Positions 26,597 to 38,559 of a stretch of 64,000 nt of DNA are shown in pieces. Origin of the DNA: Mustelus asterias (lineage: Eukaryota); assembly GCF_964213995.1 (NCBI RefSeq), contig NC_135804.1, forward strand, positions 59,148,001-59,212,000, given 5' to 3'. The notes under the pieces are model-generated. The model did no database searches. It saw nothing but the letters and a program-made list of their open reading frames with translations, and was not told the origin of the DNA. The translations under genes and the position numbers were made by a program. The number at the start of each line of letters is the position of its first letter. The stretch's first letter is position 1.

Positions 26597-27489
26597 GTCC
26601 CCTCGCTAACAGGTACAACGTTTTGGGTACTTTTGGGAGGGGGAGTGGGGGTGATAACAGTTCAGTGAAGCAAAAGAGCAGCAGCCAGGCCTATGGCACC
26701 ACAACTGGCTTTGCTGTAGAGCAGGGTCGGGCAAAGTCCAAGCGAGTGATAGTTCTAGGAGACTCGCTAGTTAAGATACAGACAAGTGTTTCTGTGGCCG
26801 CGGTCAAAACTCCAGGATGGTGTGTTGCCTCCCTGGTGCCAGGGTCAAGGACGTTTCTGAGTGGTTGCATGAAATTTTTAAGGGGGAGGATAAACAGCCA
26901 GCGGTCGTTGTGCACATTTGTACCAACGACATTGGTAGAAAGATGGATGAGGTGCTGCAAAGAGAGTATAGGGAATTAGGAAAGAGGCTGGAAAGCAAGA
27001 CTTCGAGGGTAGTAACCTCTGGATTACGACCAGTGCTATGTGCTGGTGAGGCAAGGAATAATAAAATAGGGCAGCTGAATGCGTGGCTAAGGAGCTCGTG
27101 CCTAGGGAAGAGTTTCACGCTCTGGGATGATTTGGGATTTCTTCTGGGGCACGGCTGACCTGTACAGGGACAGGTTGCAGCTAAACAGGAGGTGAACCAG
27201 CATCCTTGCCGGGAGGTTCGCTAGCGCTATTCGGGTGAATTTATACAAGAGTGGCAGGCGGCTGGGAACCAGAGCAGGAGGACAGCAAGTGGAAGGATTG
27301 AAGAGATGGTGGATGTTAGGACCAGTAAGTCTGAAAGGAAGGACAGGCAGGGATAGGTTAATAAAGATGATGGGCTGAAGTGTGCTTCTTTCAACGCAAG
27401 GTGCGTTATGAGTAAGGCAGACGAGCTTAGAGCCTGGATCAATACATGGGACTATGATGTTGCGGCCAGACAGAGACTTGTTTGAGAGA

Positions 27490-27822
27490 GGCGGCACGGT
27501 AGCACAGTGGTTAGCACTGCTGCTTCACAGCTCCAGGATCCCGGGTTCGATTCCCGGCTCGGGAACTGCCTGTGGAGTTTGCACATTCTCCTCGTGTCTG
27601 CGTGGGTTTCTTCCGGGTGCTCCGGTTTCCTCCCACAGTCCAAAGATGTGCGGGTTAGGTTGATTGGCCAGGTTAAAAATTGTCCCTTAGAGTCCTGGGA
27701 TGCGTAGGTTAGAGGGATTAGTGGGTAAAATATGTGGGGGGAGGGCCTGGGTGGGATTGTGGTCGGTGCAGACTCGATGGGCCGAATGGCCTCCTTCTGC
27801 ACTGTAGGGTTTCTATGTTTCT
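27490..27822 (+). mobile_element. HE1-type tRNA-derived V-SINE with a CR1-like tail
   Basis: A box tagcacagtgg, B box ggttcgattcc, V-domain gtgggtttcttccgggtgctccggtttcctcccacagtccaaaga, tail ttctatgtttcta. Confidence 0.85.
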
Positions 27823-27924
27823 AAGGTATGAGGCTGATTGCTCAATGTTCCGGGTTTCGATGTTTTAGACGAGATAGAGAGGGAGTTAACATATGTGGAA
27901 GAGTTGCATTATTAATCATGGAGA

Positions 27925-30682
27925 ATAGAACATAGAACATAGAACATTACAGCGCAGTACAGGCCCTTCGGCCCTCGATGTTGCACCGACCAGTGGAACC
28001 AATCTAAAGCCCCTCTAATCTACACTATTCCAATATCATCCATATGTTTATCCAATAACCATTTGAATGCTCTTAATGTTGACGAGTCCACTACTGCTGC
28101 AGGCAGGGCATTCCATGCCCTTACTATTCTCTGAGTAGTGAACCTACCTCTGACATCTGTCCTATATCTCTCACCCCTCAATTTAAAGCTATGTCCCCTC
28201 ATGCTAGCCATCACCATCCGAGGAAAAAGGCTCTCACTATCCACCCTATCTAATCCTCTGATCATCTTGTATGCCTCTATTAAGTCACCTCTTAACCCTC
28301 TTCTCTCTAACGAAAACAACCTCAAGCCCCTCAGCCTTTCCTCATACGATTTTCCCACCATACCAGGCAACATCCTGGTAAATCTCCTCTGCACCCTTTC
28401 CAACACTTCCACATCTTTCCTATAATGCAGCGACCAGAACTGTACGCAATACTCCAACTGCGGCCGCACCAGAGTTTTGTACAGTTGCAGCATGACCTCC
28501 TGGCTCCGAAACTCAATCCCTCTACCAATAAAAGCTCACACACCGTACGCCTTCTTAACAACCCTATCAACCTGGGTGCCAACTTTCAGGGATCTATGCA
28601 CATGGACACCCAGATCCCTCTGTTCATCTACACTACCAAGTATCTTACCATTAGCCCAGTACTCCTTCCAAAGTGAATCACTTCACACTTTTCCGCACTA
28701 AACGCCATTTGCCACCTCTCAGCCCAGCTCTGCAACTTATCTATGTCCCTCTGTAACCTGCCACTTCCCTCTGCACTGTCTACAACTCCACCGACTTTAG
28801 TGTCATCCGCAAATTTACTAATCCATCCTTCCACACCCTCATCCAGGTCATTAATAAAAATGACAAACAGCAGTGGCCCCAAAACAGATCCTTGCGGTAC
28901 ACCACTAGTAACTGAACTCCAGGATGAATATTTCCCATCAACCACGACCCTCTGTTTTCTTACAGCTAGCCAATTGCTGATCCAAACCACTAAATCACCC
29001 TCAATCCCATGCGTCCATATTTTCAGCAAAAGCTTACCATGGGGACCCTTATCAAACGCTTTGCTGAAATCCATATACACCACATCAACCGCTTTACCCT
29101 CATCCACCTCTTTGGTCACCTTCTCAAAGAAGTTAATAAGGTTTGTGAGGCACGACCTACCCTTCACAAAACCGTGCTGACTATCCCTAATCAAATTATT
29201 CCTTTCTCGGTGATTATAAATCCTATCTCTTATAATCCTTTCCAATACTTTGCCCACAACAGAAGTAAGGCTCCCCAGTCTATAATTACCAGAGTTGTCC
29301 CTACTCCCCTTCTTGAACAAGGGGACAACATTTGCTGTCCTCCAGTCTTCTGGCACTGTTCCTGTAGACAATGACGACACAAAGATCAAAGCCAAAGGCT
29401 CTGCAATCTGCTCTCTAGCCTCCCAGAGAATCCTAGGATAAGTCCCATCCAGCCCAGGAGACTTATCTATTTTAATCCTTTCCAGAATTGCTAACACCTC
29501 CTCCTTATGAACATCAATCCCATCCAGTCCAACAGCCTGCATCTCAGTACTCCCCTCGAGAACACTGTCCCTCTCCAGTGTGAATACCGACGAAAAATAT
29601 TCATTTAGTGCCTCTCCTATCTCTTCAGACTCCACGCACAACTTCCCACTACTGTCCTTGACTGGCCCTAATCTTACCCTCGTCATTCTTTTACTCTTGA
29701 CATACCTATAGAAAGCTTTAGGGTTTTCCTTGATCCTACCTGCCAAAGACTTCTCATGTCCCCTCCTGGCTCTTCTGAACTCTTTCTTTAGGTCCTTCCT
29801 GGCTAACTTTTAACTCTCAAGTGCCCTAACTGAGCCTTCACGTCTCATCTTAACATAAGTCTCCTTCTTCCTCTTCACAAGAGATTCAACCTCCTTAGTA
29901 AACCACGGTTCCCTCACACGTCTGCTTCCTCCCTGCCTGACAGGTACATATTTATCAAGGATGCGTAGTAGCTGTTCCTTGAACAAGTTCCACATTACAA
30001 TTGTGCCCATCCCCTGCAGTTTCCTTCCCCAACCTATGCCAGCTAAATCTCGCCTCATCGCATCATAATTTCCTTTCCCCCAACTATAACTCTTGCCCTT
30101 TGGTATATACCTATCCTTTTCCATTGCTAAGGTAAACGTAATCGAATTGTGGTCACTGTCACCAAAGTGCTCACTTACCTCCAAATCTAACACCTGGCGT
30201 GGTTCATTACCCAGTACCAAATCCAATGTGGCCTCGCCTCTTGTTGGTCTATCTACGTACTGCGTCAGGAAGCCTTTCTGCACACATTGGACAAAAACCG
30301 ACCCCTCTAATGTACTCGAACTACAGCTTTTCCAGTCAATATTTGTAAAGTTAAGTCCCCCAGTACAACTACCCTGTTACTTTCGCTCCTATCCAGAATC
30401 ATCTTTGCAATCTTTTCCTCCACATCTCTGGAACTTTTCGGAGGTCGATAGAAAACTCCCAACAGGGTGACCTCTCCTTTCCTGTTTCTAACCTCAGCCC
30501 AAACTACCTCAGTAGACGAGTCCTCATCAAATGTCCTTTCTGCCACCGTAATACTGTCCATGACTAACAATGCCACACCTCCCCCTCTTTTACACCTTCC
30601 TTGCACTTACTGAAACATCTAAACCCTGGAACCTGCAACAACCATTCCTGTCCCTGCTCTATCCATGTCTCCGAGATGGCCA
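27925..30682 (-). mobile_element. Younger 5'-truncated CR1 (ORF2 with a few frameshifts) nested antisense in the older CR1
   Basis: ORFs 30307-30606, 29810-30283, 28628-29746 ([17 protein letters not shown]) and 28020-28493; (ATAGAAC)n tail at about 27925-27945. Confidence 0.92.
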
Positions 30683-32221
30683 CGTCTGGACTCAGAGAGG
30701 ACATACTGGAGGATTCGTCTACTGAAGCAATATGGGTAGAGCTCAAAAATAAGAAAGGTGCAATTACTTTGATGGGATTATACTATAGGCCCCCAACAGC
30801 CACCGGGTCATTGAGGACCAAATATGTTGGCAGATTATGGAAAGATGCAGTAACAGGGGCGCCATAGTGGGTGACTTTAACTTCCCAAATATTGACTGGG
30901 ACTCTCTTAGAGCAAGAGGCTTACACAGGGCAGAATTTGTTAGGTGCATACAAGAGAGTTTATTGAAACAATATGTGAATAGTCCAACGAGAGCAGGGGC
31001 CATCCTAGATCTTGTATTGACAAATGAGCCTGGTTAGGTGACTAATCTTTCAGTGGGAGAATATTTTGAAAACAGATATCACAACTCCTTAGATTTTTAG
31101 ATAGCTATGAATAAGGATAAATCAGGACCTTGGGGGAAGGTACTAAATTGGGGGAGGGCAGATTGCGACAGAATTAGGTAGGACCTAGAAAGAGTTAATT
31201 GGGAGCAGCTGATATCGGGCAAACCGACCTTTGGCATGGGGAGTTGTTTAAAGACCGACTGATCAGAGTTCAGAAACGGCATGTTCCAGTAAGGAGGAAG
31301 GAGAAGCATGGTAAGTTAAGGGATCACTTGATAATGAGGGAGGTTTTGAATTTAGTCAAAAGGAAAAAAGGAAGCAGATGTAAGGTTTAGGAAGCTGAAA
31401 TCGGCCAGGGCCCGTCAGGATTATAAAGAAAACAGGAAAGAATTCAAGCAGGAGAGCAAGGAGGAGGTTATGAAATGACTTTGGCAAGTAGGGTTAAAGA
31501 GAATCCCAAGGCATTTTATACATACATTCAAAACAAGAGGATAACTAGGGAGAGGGTAGGACCACTCAAGGGTAAAGGAGCAAATTTGTGCTTGGAGGCA
31601 GAGGATGTGGGCGAGACCCTAACTTTGCTTCGGTATTCACCATGGAGAAGGACATGGAGGATAGTGGGATAAATGTGGGGCATGTTAATATGCTTGGGCA
31701 TTTTGAGATCAAGAACGAAGTGGTGTTGGGCCACTTGAAGAGCATTAAGGTAGATAAGTCTCCAGGATCCGATGGGATCAACATCAGGTTATTGAGAAAG
31801 GCAAGAGAGGAAATTGCTAGGGCCCTGACAAAGATCTTTACGTACTCAGTAACCACTGGAGAGGTCCTGGAGGACTGGTGAGTAGCTAATTTTGTCCCTC
31901 TGTTCAAGAAAGGAAAAAGGGTTAATTCAGGAAATTATTGATGGGTGAGTCTCACATCAGTGTTTGGGAAGCTATTGGAGAAAATTCTTAGAGATTGGAT
32001 TAATGTGCATTTGGGAAAGTTAGGAAAATTCAGCATGGTCTTGTGCGGGGCAGATCATGTCTCACTAACTTGATTGATTTTTTCAAGGAGGTGACGTAGG
32101 TGCCCATAAAGCTTTTGGTAAGGTCCCTCATGGTAGGCTCACCCTGAAGATTAAGATGAATGGGATCCAGGGTGCCTTGGCCACTTGGATACAGAATTGG
32201 CTTCCCCATAGAAGTCAGAAG

Positions 32222-32515
32222 TTTGAAGTTGATTTATTAGTGTCACAAGTAGGCTTACATTAACACTGCAATGAAGTTACCTAGTCGTCATATTCTGGCG
32301 CCTGTTTGAGTACATTGAGGGAGAATTTAGATGGCCGATAGACCTAACCAGCACGTCCTTTGGACTGTGGGAGGAAACCGGAGCACCTGGAGGAAACCCA
32401 CACAGGCATGTGGAGAATGTGCACACTCCGCACAGACAGTGACCCAAGCTGGGAATCAAACTGGGTCTCTGGCGCTGTGAGGCAGCAGTGCTAACCACTG
32501 TTCCACCGTGCCACC
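32222..32515 (-). mobile_element. tRNA-derived V-SINE
   Basis: Reverse complement has the ggcacggtggaacagtggttagcactgc head and the V-domain. Confidence 0.85.
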
Positions 32516-34249
32516 CACAGGAGTGGTAGTGGTGGGAGGGTGTTTTACTGTCTGGAGGTCCATGGCTAATGGTGTTGCACAGTGATCAATACTGGGACCT
32601 CTGCTATTTGTGACATATACAAATGACTTGGATGAAAACGTAGATGGGTGGGTTAGTAAATTTGCAGATTACACAAAAATGGGTGGAGTAGTGGATAGTG
32701 TGGAATGTTGTCAAAAGATACAGCGGGAGATAGATCAGTTGCCGATATGGGCGGAAAAATGGCAGATGGAGTTTCATTTGGTCAAGTGTGAGGTGCTGCA
32801 CTTTGGGAGGTCAAATGTTAAGGTTAAGTATATAGTTAATGACAAGAGCCTGAGCAGTATTGATGTGCAGAGGGATCTTGGGGTTCAAGTCCATAGCTCC
32901 CTGAAAGTGGCCAGACCAGTAGAAAGGGTGATAAGAAAGGCGTATGATATGTTTTCCTTTATTGGTTGGAGCATCGGGTACAAGAGTCAGGATTTAATGG
33001 AGCAGCTTTATAAAACTTTGCTTAGGCCGTTCTTAGAGTATTGCGTTCAATTCTGGTTGCCACATTACAAGAAGGATATGGAGGCTTGGAGAGGGTGCAA
33101 AAGAAATTTGCCAGGAAGTTGCCTGAATTAAAGGGTATGAGCTATAAGGAGAGGCAAGGCAATGTACGATTGTTTTCTCTGGAGTGGTGAAGGCTGAGGG
33201 GAAACCTAATATAAGTCGAGAAAAGTAGAGAGGCATAGATAGGCTAACAGTCAGAATCTTTTTCCCAAAGTTGAAATGTCTAATACTAGGGGGCATGCAC
33301 TTAAGGCGAGAAGGAGAATGTTCAAAGGAGATGTGAGGGCCAAGTTTTTTACACAGAGACTGGTAAGTACCTGGAATGCGCTGCCAGGGGTGGTTGTGGA
33401 GGCAGATACGATAGGGGCGTTTGAGGGGCTTTTAGAGAAGCACATCAAGATGCACGAATTGAGGGATATGGACCAAGGGCATGCAGAAGGGATTAGTTTA
33501 ATTGGTGTCATGTTCGGCACAACATGGTTGGTCTCAGGGCCTATTCTTGTGCTATGTTCTATGTTCAAAGTTGAGCCAAATTATGAAATATATTCTCTCT
33601 AATAAAGAATACTTTCGTGCCTACAGGGCACGGAATCTAGCTGTTTATTTCGAAATTAAAGGCAATTGTGTTTTGTTTCGACTAATGAGGTGTGCTGAGG
33701 AAGACATGAGTGGAATGCTGCCGATTTGATTTCCTTAAATTTCTCCAATCCAACATAAGTTTACCTACCAACTAGGCCATCTGCGGGTGAAGCTCACCAA
33801 TGGCTGAGAAAACGACTGAAAAAAAAAGCTGCCCTCAGATCGTAATCCGGGCCTTGGCAGGCATTGCTCTCTATCTATGTGCACTGCGGCCAGTTCGAAA
33901 AGCACACCGTTGCCAATATAAATGGCTACAAACCTCCGCTTCAAAGCTAACAACTTAATTTATTTTCTTAACCAATTCCTTCCACTTCCCGAGTGCTAAG
34001 TTTTCCTGGCTACAGACTTTTGCAGGACTCAGGACCTCATCCTGAATGTTCAAGTGGCAACCTAGACAATGACGTTGATCTATCGTCGCTGAAATATTGA
34101 TTAAAGAAGAAATCACTAGTAGCCTTAATTGCAGTCTTTATAAAGCCAAACAGCGCCTCAGACATTTAATATATCTTTTGCAGTTGCAGGACTGGTGGAG
34201 GCCATTAAATCAATTTCACCCGTCTATCTGGTCAACGGGAGCTCTCTGA

Positions 34250-34382
34250 TGCAAAAACAGAAAATACTGGAAAACCTCAGCGGGCCTGACAGCTCTCTCC
34301 ACAGATGCTGTCAGACCTGCTGAGATTTTCCAGCATTTTCTGTTTTGTTTCAGATTCCAGCATCCGCAGTATTTTGCTTTTA
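34250..34382. repeat. Inverted-repeat fragment of a second PLE-type pLTR family
   Basis: aaaacagaaaatactggaaaacctcagcgggcctgacagc followed by its complement gctgtcagacctgctgagattttccagcattttctgtttt. Related pieces occur at about 15300, 22050-22220, 60900-61000 and 62645-62730. Confidence 0.55.
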
Positions 34383-34899
34383 TAGTAGGAGCTCTCTGGA
34401 TGTGTTCGCTCTTCTTCCCCTGGTTTATTTTCACCGCTGATAAAACAATCCCGAAACTCGATCTAGCAGCATTGCGAGATCACATGGATCGCAGAATTAA
34501 GCTCGACATCATCTTTTCAAGTCCTACTCAGAATAGGCACTAAATGATGAAGTTGCAGCCTTGACAACACCCAAGCAATAAATTAAAAAAACACATATTC
34601 AATTGTCTTATCAATTACATTATAGTCCCCACCTCAATAACCACTTGTACTTCACTATCCAATGTCTCAATTAACCTTTATGTGAGAAGTATATCTTCAA
34701 ACCCTAGGAGGATCACGAAATTAAATCATGTGGCTTAAATAGATGTAGAAAATAGCACAATAAAACTTCTAGGATTGCAATGTAGGCTTCCTGAGCAGTC
34801 AGCGGGAAATTGTTCGGCGTTTATTTAGACAAGGTATTTTCAACAGGAACAACAGGGCAATAATAGTAATAGTTACCCTCTATTAACCGGGATAATATC

Positions 34900-37800
34900 A
34901 ACATAAAATATATAGAGGGTACATAATTCTTAGACTGCATTTAGGAGAAATTTGTTTTAAGACAGTAATATGCAAACTCCAAATGACTTAGTTTTAGGAA
35001 ATGAATCTGGGCAGGCGAAAGGCGCCTCAGTGGGGGAATAGTTTGGCAGTGAGAATCATAAATCAGTTAGACTTTGATTGTTAGGGGAAAAGTCCAGAAT
35101 AGACCAAGAGTGAAAACTTAACGTTTGTGAAAGGTCCAAAAATTAAACCGAGATCATATTTGGAAAAGTTGGACCGCAAACAGTTTCTTGAAGGAAAATT
35201 TGTGTCTCAGCAACAGGAGCCATTCACGGGGAGTTCCGAAACTTTCAAAATGACTACATTTCCATAAAGAAAAAGAATGGGACTCCCAGGTATGGATTGG
35301 CCGGCACCATCCCGCCTTCCAGATGTCAAAGAGCCCCCCAAATGTCAGTGTAGGATAAGGCAAAATAGGCCATGTCACATACGAAAGGTCTGCATTGCAG
35401 AAGGTTTGGAGGAGTGTGGAAAATACCTGTGTAACATTTAAAAGGGAACTAAAGAAATAATGAGCGGGCGTGAAAAATACTGACAAGTGTTGTTAAGGAA
35501 AACCGGAATATGCTTTATGAATGCGTAAAGAGCGGAAGAGAATTGCTACGTAATGTGACAGACTGACAAAGACTCCTAAAAAGTGATGTACTGTGTTATG
35601 GCGGAAGACCTGAACATGATTCTCAATTAATACTGCATATATGTGTTGTCAAAATATAGGCCTTATATCAACGTTTTAGTAAAGGAGGGGGAGTGTGAGA
35701 TGTTGGATGCTATAAGCATTGCGAGGGAGAGCATAGCATCTTTGAAAGTGGTTAGATAACCAGCTCTGGAAGAAATCTATCCTAAGTACTAAGACAAACA
35801 AGGCAGGAAATAATGCGAGCTCTGCTTACCATCTTTCTCACCTATCTGGCTACAGGCCTGGTGCCAAAGGACTACGGACAACTAAAATTGTCTCTTACAG
35901 TTGTTAGCATTGCTGCCTCACAGCGCCAGGGACCCGGGTTCGATTCCCGGCTTGGGTCACTTGTCTGTGCTGTGTTTGCACGTTCTCCCCGTATCTGTGT
36001 CGGTTTCCTCCGGGTGCTCCGGTTTCCTCCCACAGTTCAGCACAGACGTGCTGGTTAGGTGCACAGACGTGCTGGTTAGCGGCATTGGCCATTTCAGGCT
36101 GAATTCCAACTGCCACCTTTCTTCCCATCTGACCAATTCATAGATATCTTCCTGAGTGCTGCAGCTCCCATCATTACTATCAACACACGAGTAATTTTAT
36201 GTCATCTGAAAACTTCTTAATCATGCCAAATAAATTTAACTCTCGAGTTTTGGTATATACCCATGTGAAGCAAGGGACCTAGACCTAAACTCTGTAGAAT
36301 CCGTCTGGAATCGTACAAAATACATCCTTTGACAAATGTTCTTTGCTGTAGGCTACATTGCTACTCATCCAATTTTGGATCCAATTTGCCACTTGACCTT
36401 GGCTCTTTACCGGAACAGACGCCGGAGTATGGCGACTGGAGGATTTTCATAATAACTTCATTGCCATGTTAATATAAGCCTACTTGTGACATTAAGAAAT
36501 AAACGTTAAGCATTAAACTTTAACTTGTATAAAGACAGGGAAAGGATAGCCCCCGTGATTAGCGACAAGACAGCCTAACTTTGCCTGGGTCAACTTATTG
36601 GAAAACAATATCTGATAATTATATAAATCGTCAGTAAAAAAATGCATGTACAAATCAGTGAGAACCCCATGGACACACTAAGGGAAGTTTGTATCCGCCT
36701 AAACTGATTGATTTATTTGAGGAGGTGGCAAGGAGAGCAAGTGAGCGTGGCACGTTCAATATAGTCTATGTGGATTTAGCAGGACCTTTAGCAAGATTCA
36801 ACATTGCAAACTAGTCAGTAAAATCAGAGTCCCTAAAGAGCCAAGGTCAAGTGGCAAATTGGATCCAAAATTGGATGAGTAGCAATGTAGCCTACAGCAA
36901 AGAACATTTGTCAAAGGATGTATTTTGTACGTTTCCAGACGGATTCTACAGACTTTAGGTCTAGGTCCCTTGCTTCTCATGGGTATATACCAAAACTCGA
37001 GAGTTAAATTTATTTGGCATGATTCAGAAGTTTTCAGATGACATAAAATTACTCGTGTGTTGATAGTAAAGATGGGAGCTGCAGCACTCAGGAAGGTATC
37101 TAAGAATTGGTCAGATGGGAAGAAAGGTGGCAGTTGGAATTCAGCCTGAAAATATGTGAGGTAATTTGGGGAGTAGGAAACAACCCAATACACAACAAAT
37201 GGTAGGACATTAAGAAGTGTAGAAAAACAGAGGTACATTCACAGATCCGTAAAAGCAGCAGGTCACGTGGATGAAGTGGTTGAAGTGCATATGGGACATT
37301 TTCCTTTATTAAGCCAGGCAGCGAATATAAGAACATGGAGGTCAAGTTGGAAATGTACTAAACACTAGCTAGGCCAAAGCCACAACTCTGAGTAACAGGC
37401 ACGCCAAGCGTGCGTTCGTAGTAAAGAGGAGACAGAGCAGATTTACAGGAATGTTGTCAGGAATTGAGAATTTTAGCTATGAGAAAAAAGAGACTGGTGT
37501 TGGTTTATTTGTAACAGATAAGGCTGAGGTAAATTTAAGGTATATAAAATTATGAATCGAATGCATGTGAAGGATCTATTAACGTTAATATCTAACCTTA
37601 ACAGAAAGGTTAATATGTCAGGGGCATAGATTTAAAGTAATTGGCACTGCCTAAAAGGGCGATAATTACAAAAGAGCTTATCTCAGTTAAAGCAGTACAT
37701 GGATATAGATTCAACTTAACTCACGTGGCTACGATCCAAGAGTTCGAAAGTGAGCTTAGGCTGGTGCCAGAGGTCTAGCGGACGTTCGGCCAGGGCAAAT

Positions 37801-38110
37801 ACAGTAGAGGGGTCAATAACCAGGACACATATAAATAAGGTAAGCTGCAGGCGATTTAGAGGGGATTTGAGGAAAAACTCTTTCACCCTAAGGTTGGTGG
37901 GAATCTGGAACTCGCTGCCTGAAAGAGTGGTAGAGGTGAGAACATTCACAACATAAAAAACAGCATTTAGATGAACATCAGGAACGCCATACCATTCAAA
38001 GCTACGGACCACTTGTTGGAATATGGGATGCGAATAGATTGACGCTTGATGGCGGTACGGGCACGATGGGCGGGATGACGTCTTTCAGTGCTGTTAACTC
38101 GATGACTATG
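34900..38110 (+). mobile_element. Old, heavily decayed CR1 with a SINE and a local inverted duplication inside
   Basis: Remnant motifs such as RGDLRKNSFTLRLVGIWNSLP and a gactatgact tail near 38100. Confidence 0.7.
35900..36520 (+). mobile_element. tRNA-derived V-SINE interrupted by a 318-bp inverted copy of neighbouring DNA
   Basis: B box ggttcgattcc and V-domain present. The SINE tail resumes at about 36410 (cggaacagacgccggagtatggcgact). Confidence 0.8.
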
Positions 38111-38454
38111 ACTGCTGCGTCGTAAATGTTTCATGTTTACTTGCCACGAACTAGAATATCTTTGCATGGGACTATTACGCGCAATCTCTTTTTTCTTGTT
38201 CTCAACCTCTTTAACCTTTACGAAGGTCAACCTATTAACTTCTCTCTTTGGCTTTCCCGCTGTTATCCAATATGCTTAGACTGCAGTTACAGGAAACAAT
38301 ACTGTGCAATTGTCAATTCTGACCACGAAAACCAAATGCTTTTCTTAACTTTGTTATCCGTAACACGTGGAATTCTAACAACCGCATAAGTATACAAATT
38401 AGAAGATCCCAGTGAACAAACCAAGGTTGATTTCTGAATCCGCAGTCATAGAAC

Positions 38455-38471
38455 GTCAAGCATCATTGCGA
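38455..38471 (+). promoter_or_regulatory. Conserved proximal promoter motif of the V-C1 genes (gene 1)
   Basis: gtcaagcatcattgcga matches gtcaaacgtcattgcga at 60104-60120 at 15/17 positions. Both lie about 90 nt upstream of the ATG. Confidence 0.5.
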
Positions 38472-38559
38472 CGTAACACAGAAAGTAAACCACAAACTAT
38501 TCTTCACAGTTACAAGCTCGTAGCGACTGCAGAATCAACAGTTGTATCCGCTGCTAAGA

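Larger units (their letters stand above)
26600..33565 (+). mobile_element. Near full-length decayed CR1 hosting nested insertions
   Basis: ORF1 esterase (VLGDSLV, MVCCLPGARVKDV, VVHICTNDIG), endonuclease (YYRPP, GDFNFPNIDW) and RT (KFADYTK) pieces in order, interrupted at 27490-27822, 27925-30682 and 32222-32515. Confidence 0.85.

Noticed and set aside
27490-27560. tRNA gene
   Set aside because: The A and B boxes belong to a SINE head and continue into the V-domain rather than a cloverleaf 3' arm.
33765-33953. Possible first exon of a minus-strand transcript (donor-like tag/gtaaac)
   Set aside because: No signal peptide or APP-like sequence; a splice-like motif alone is insufficient.
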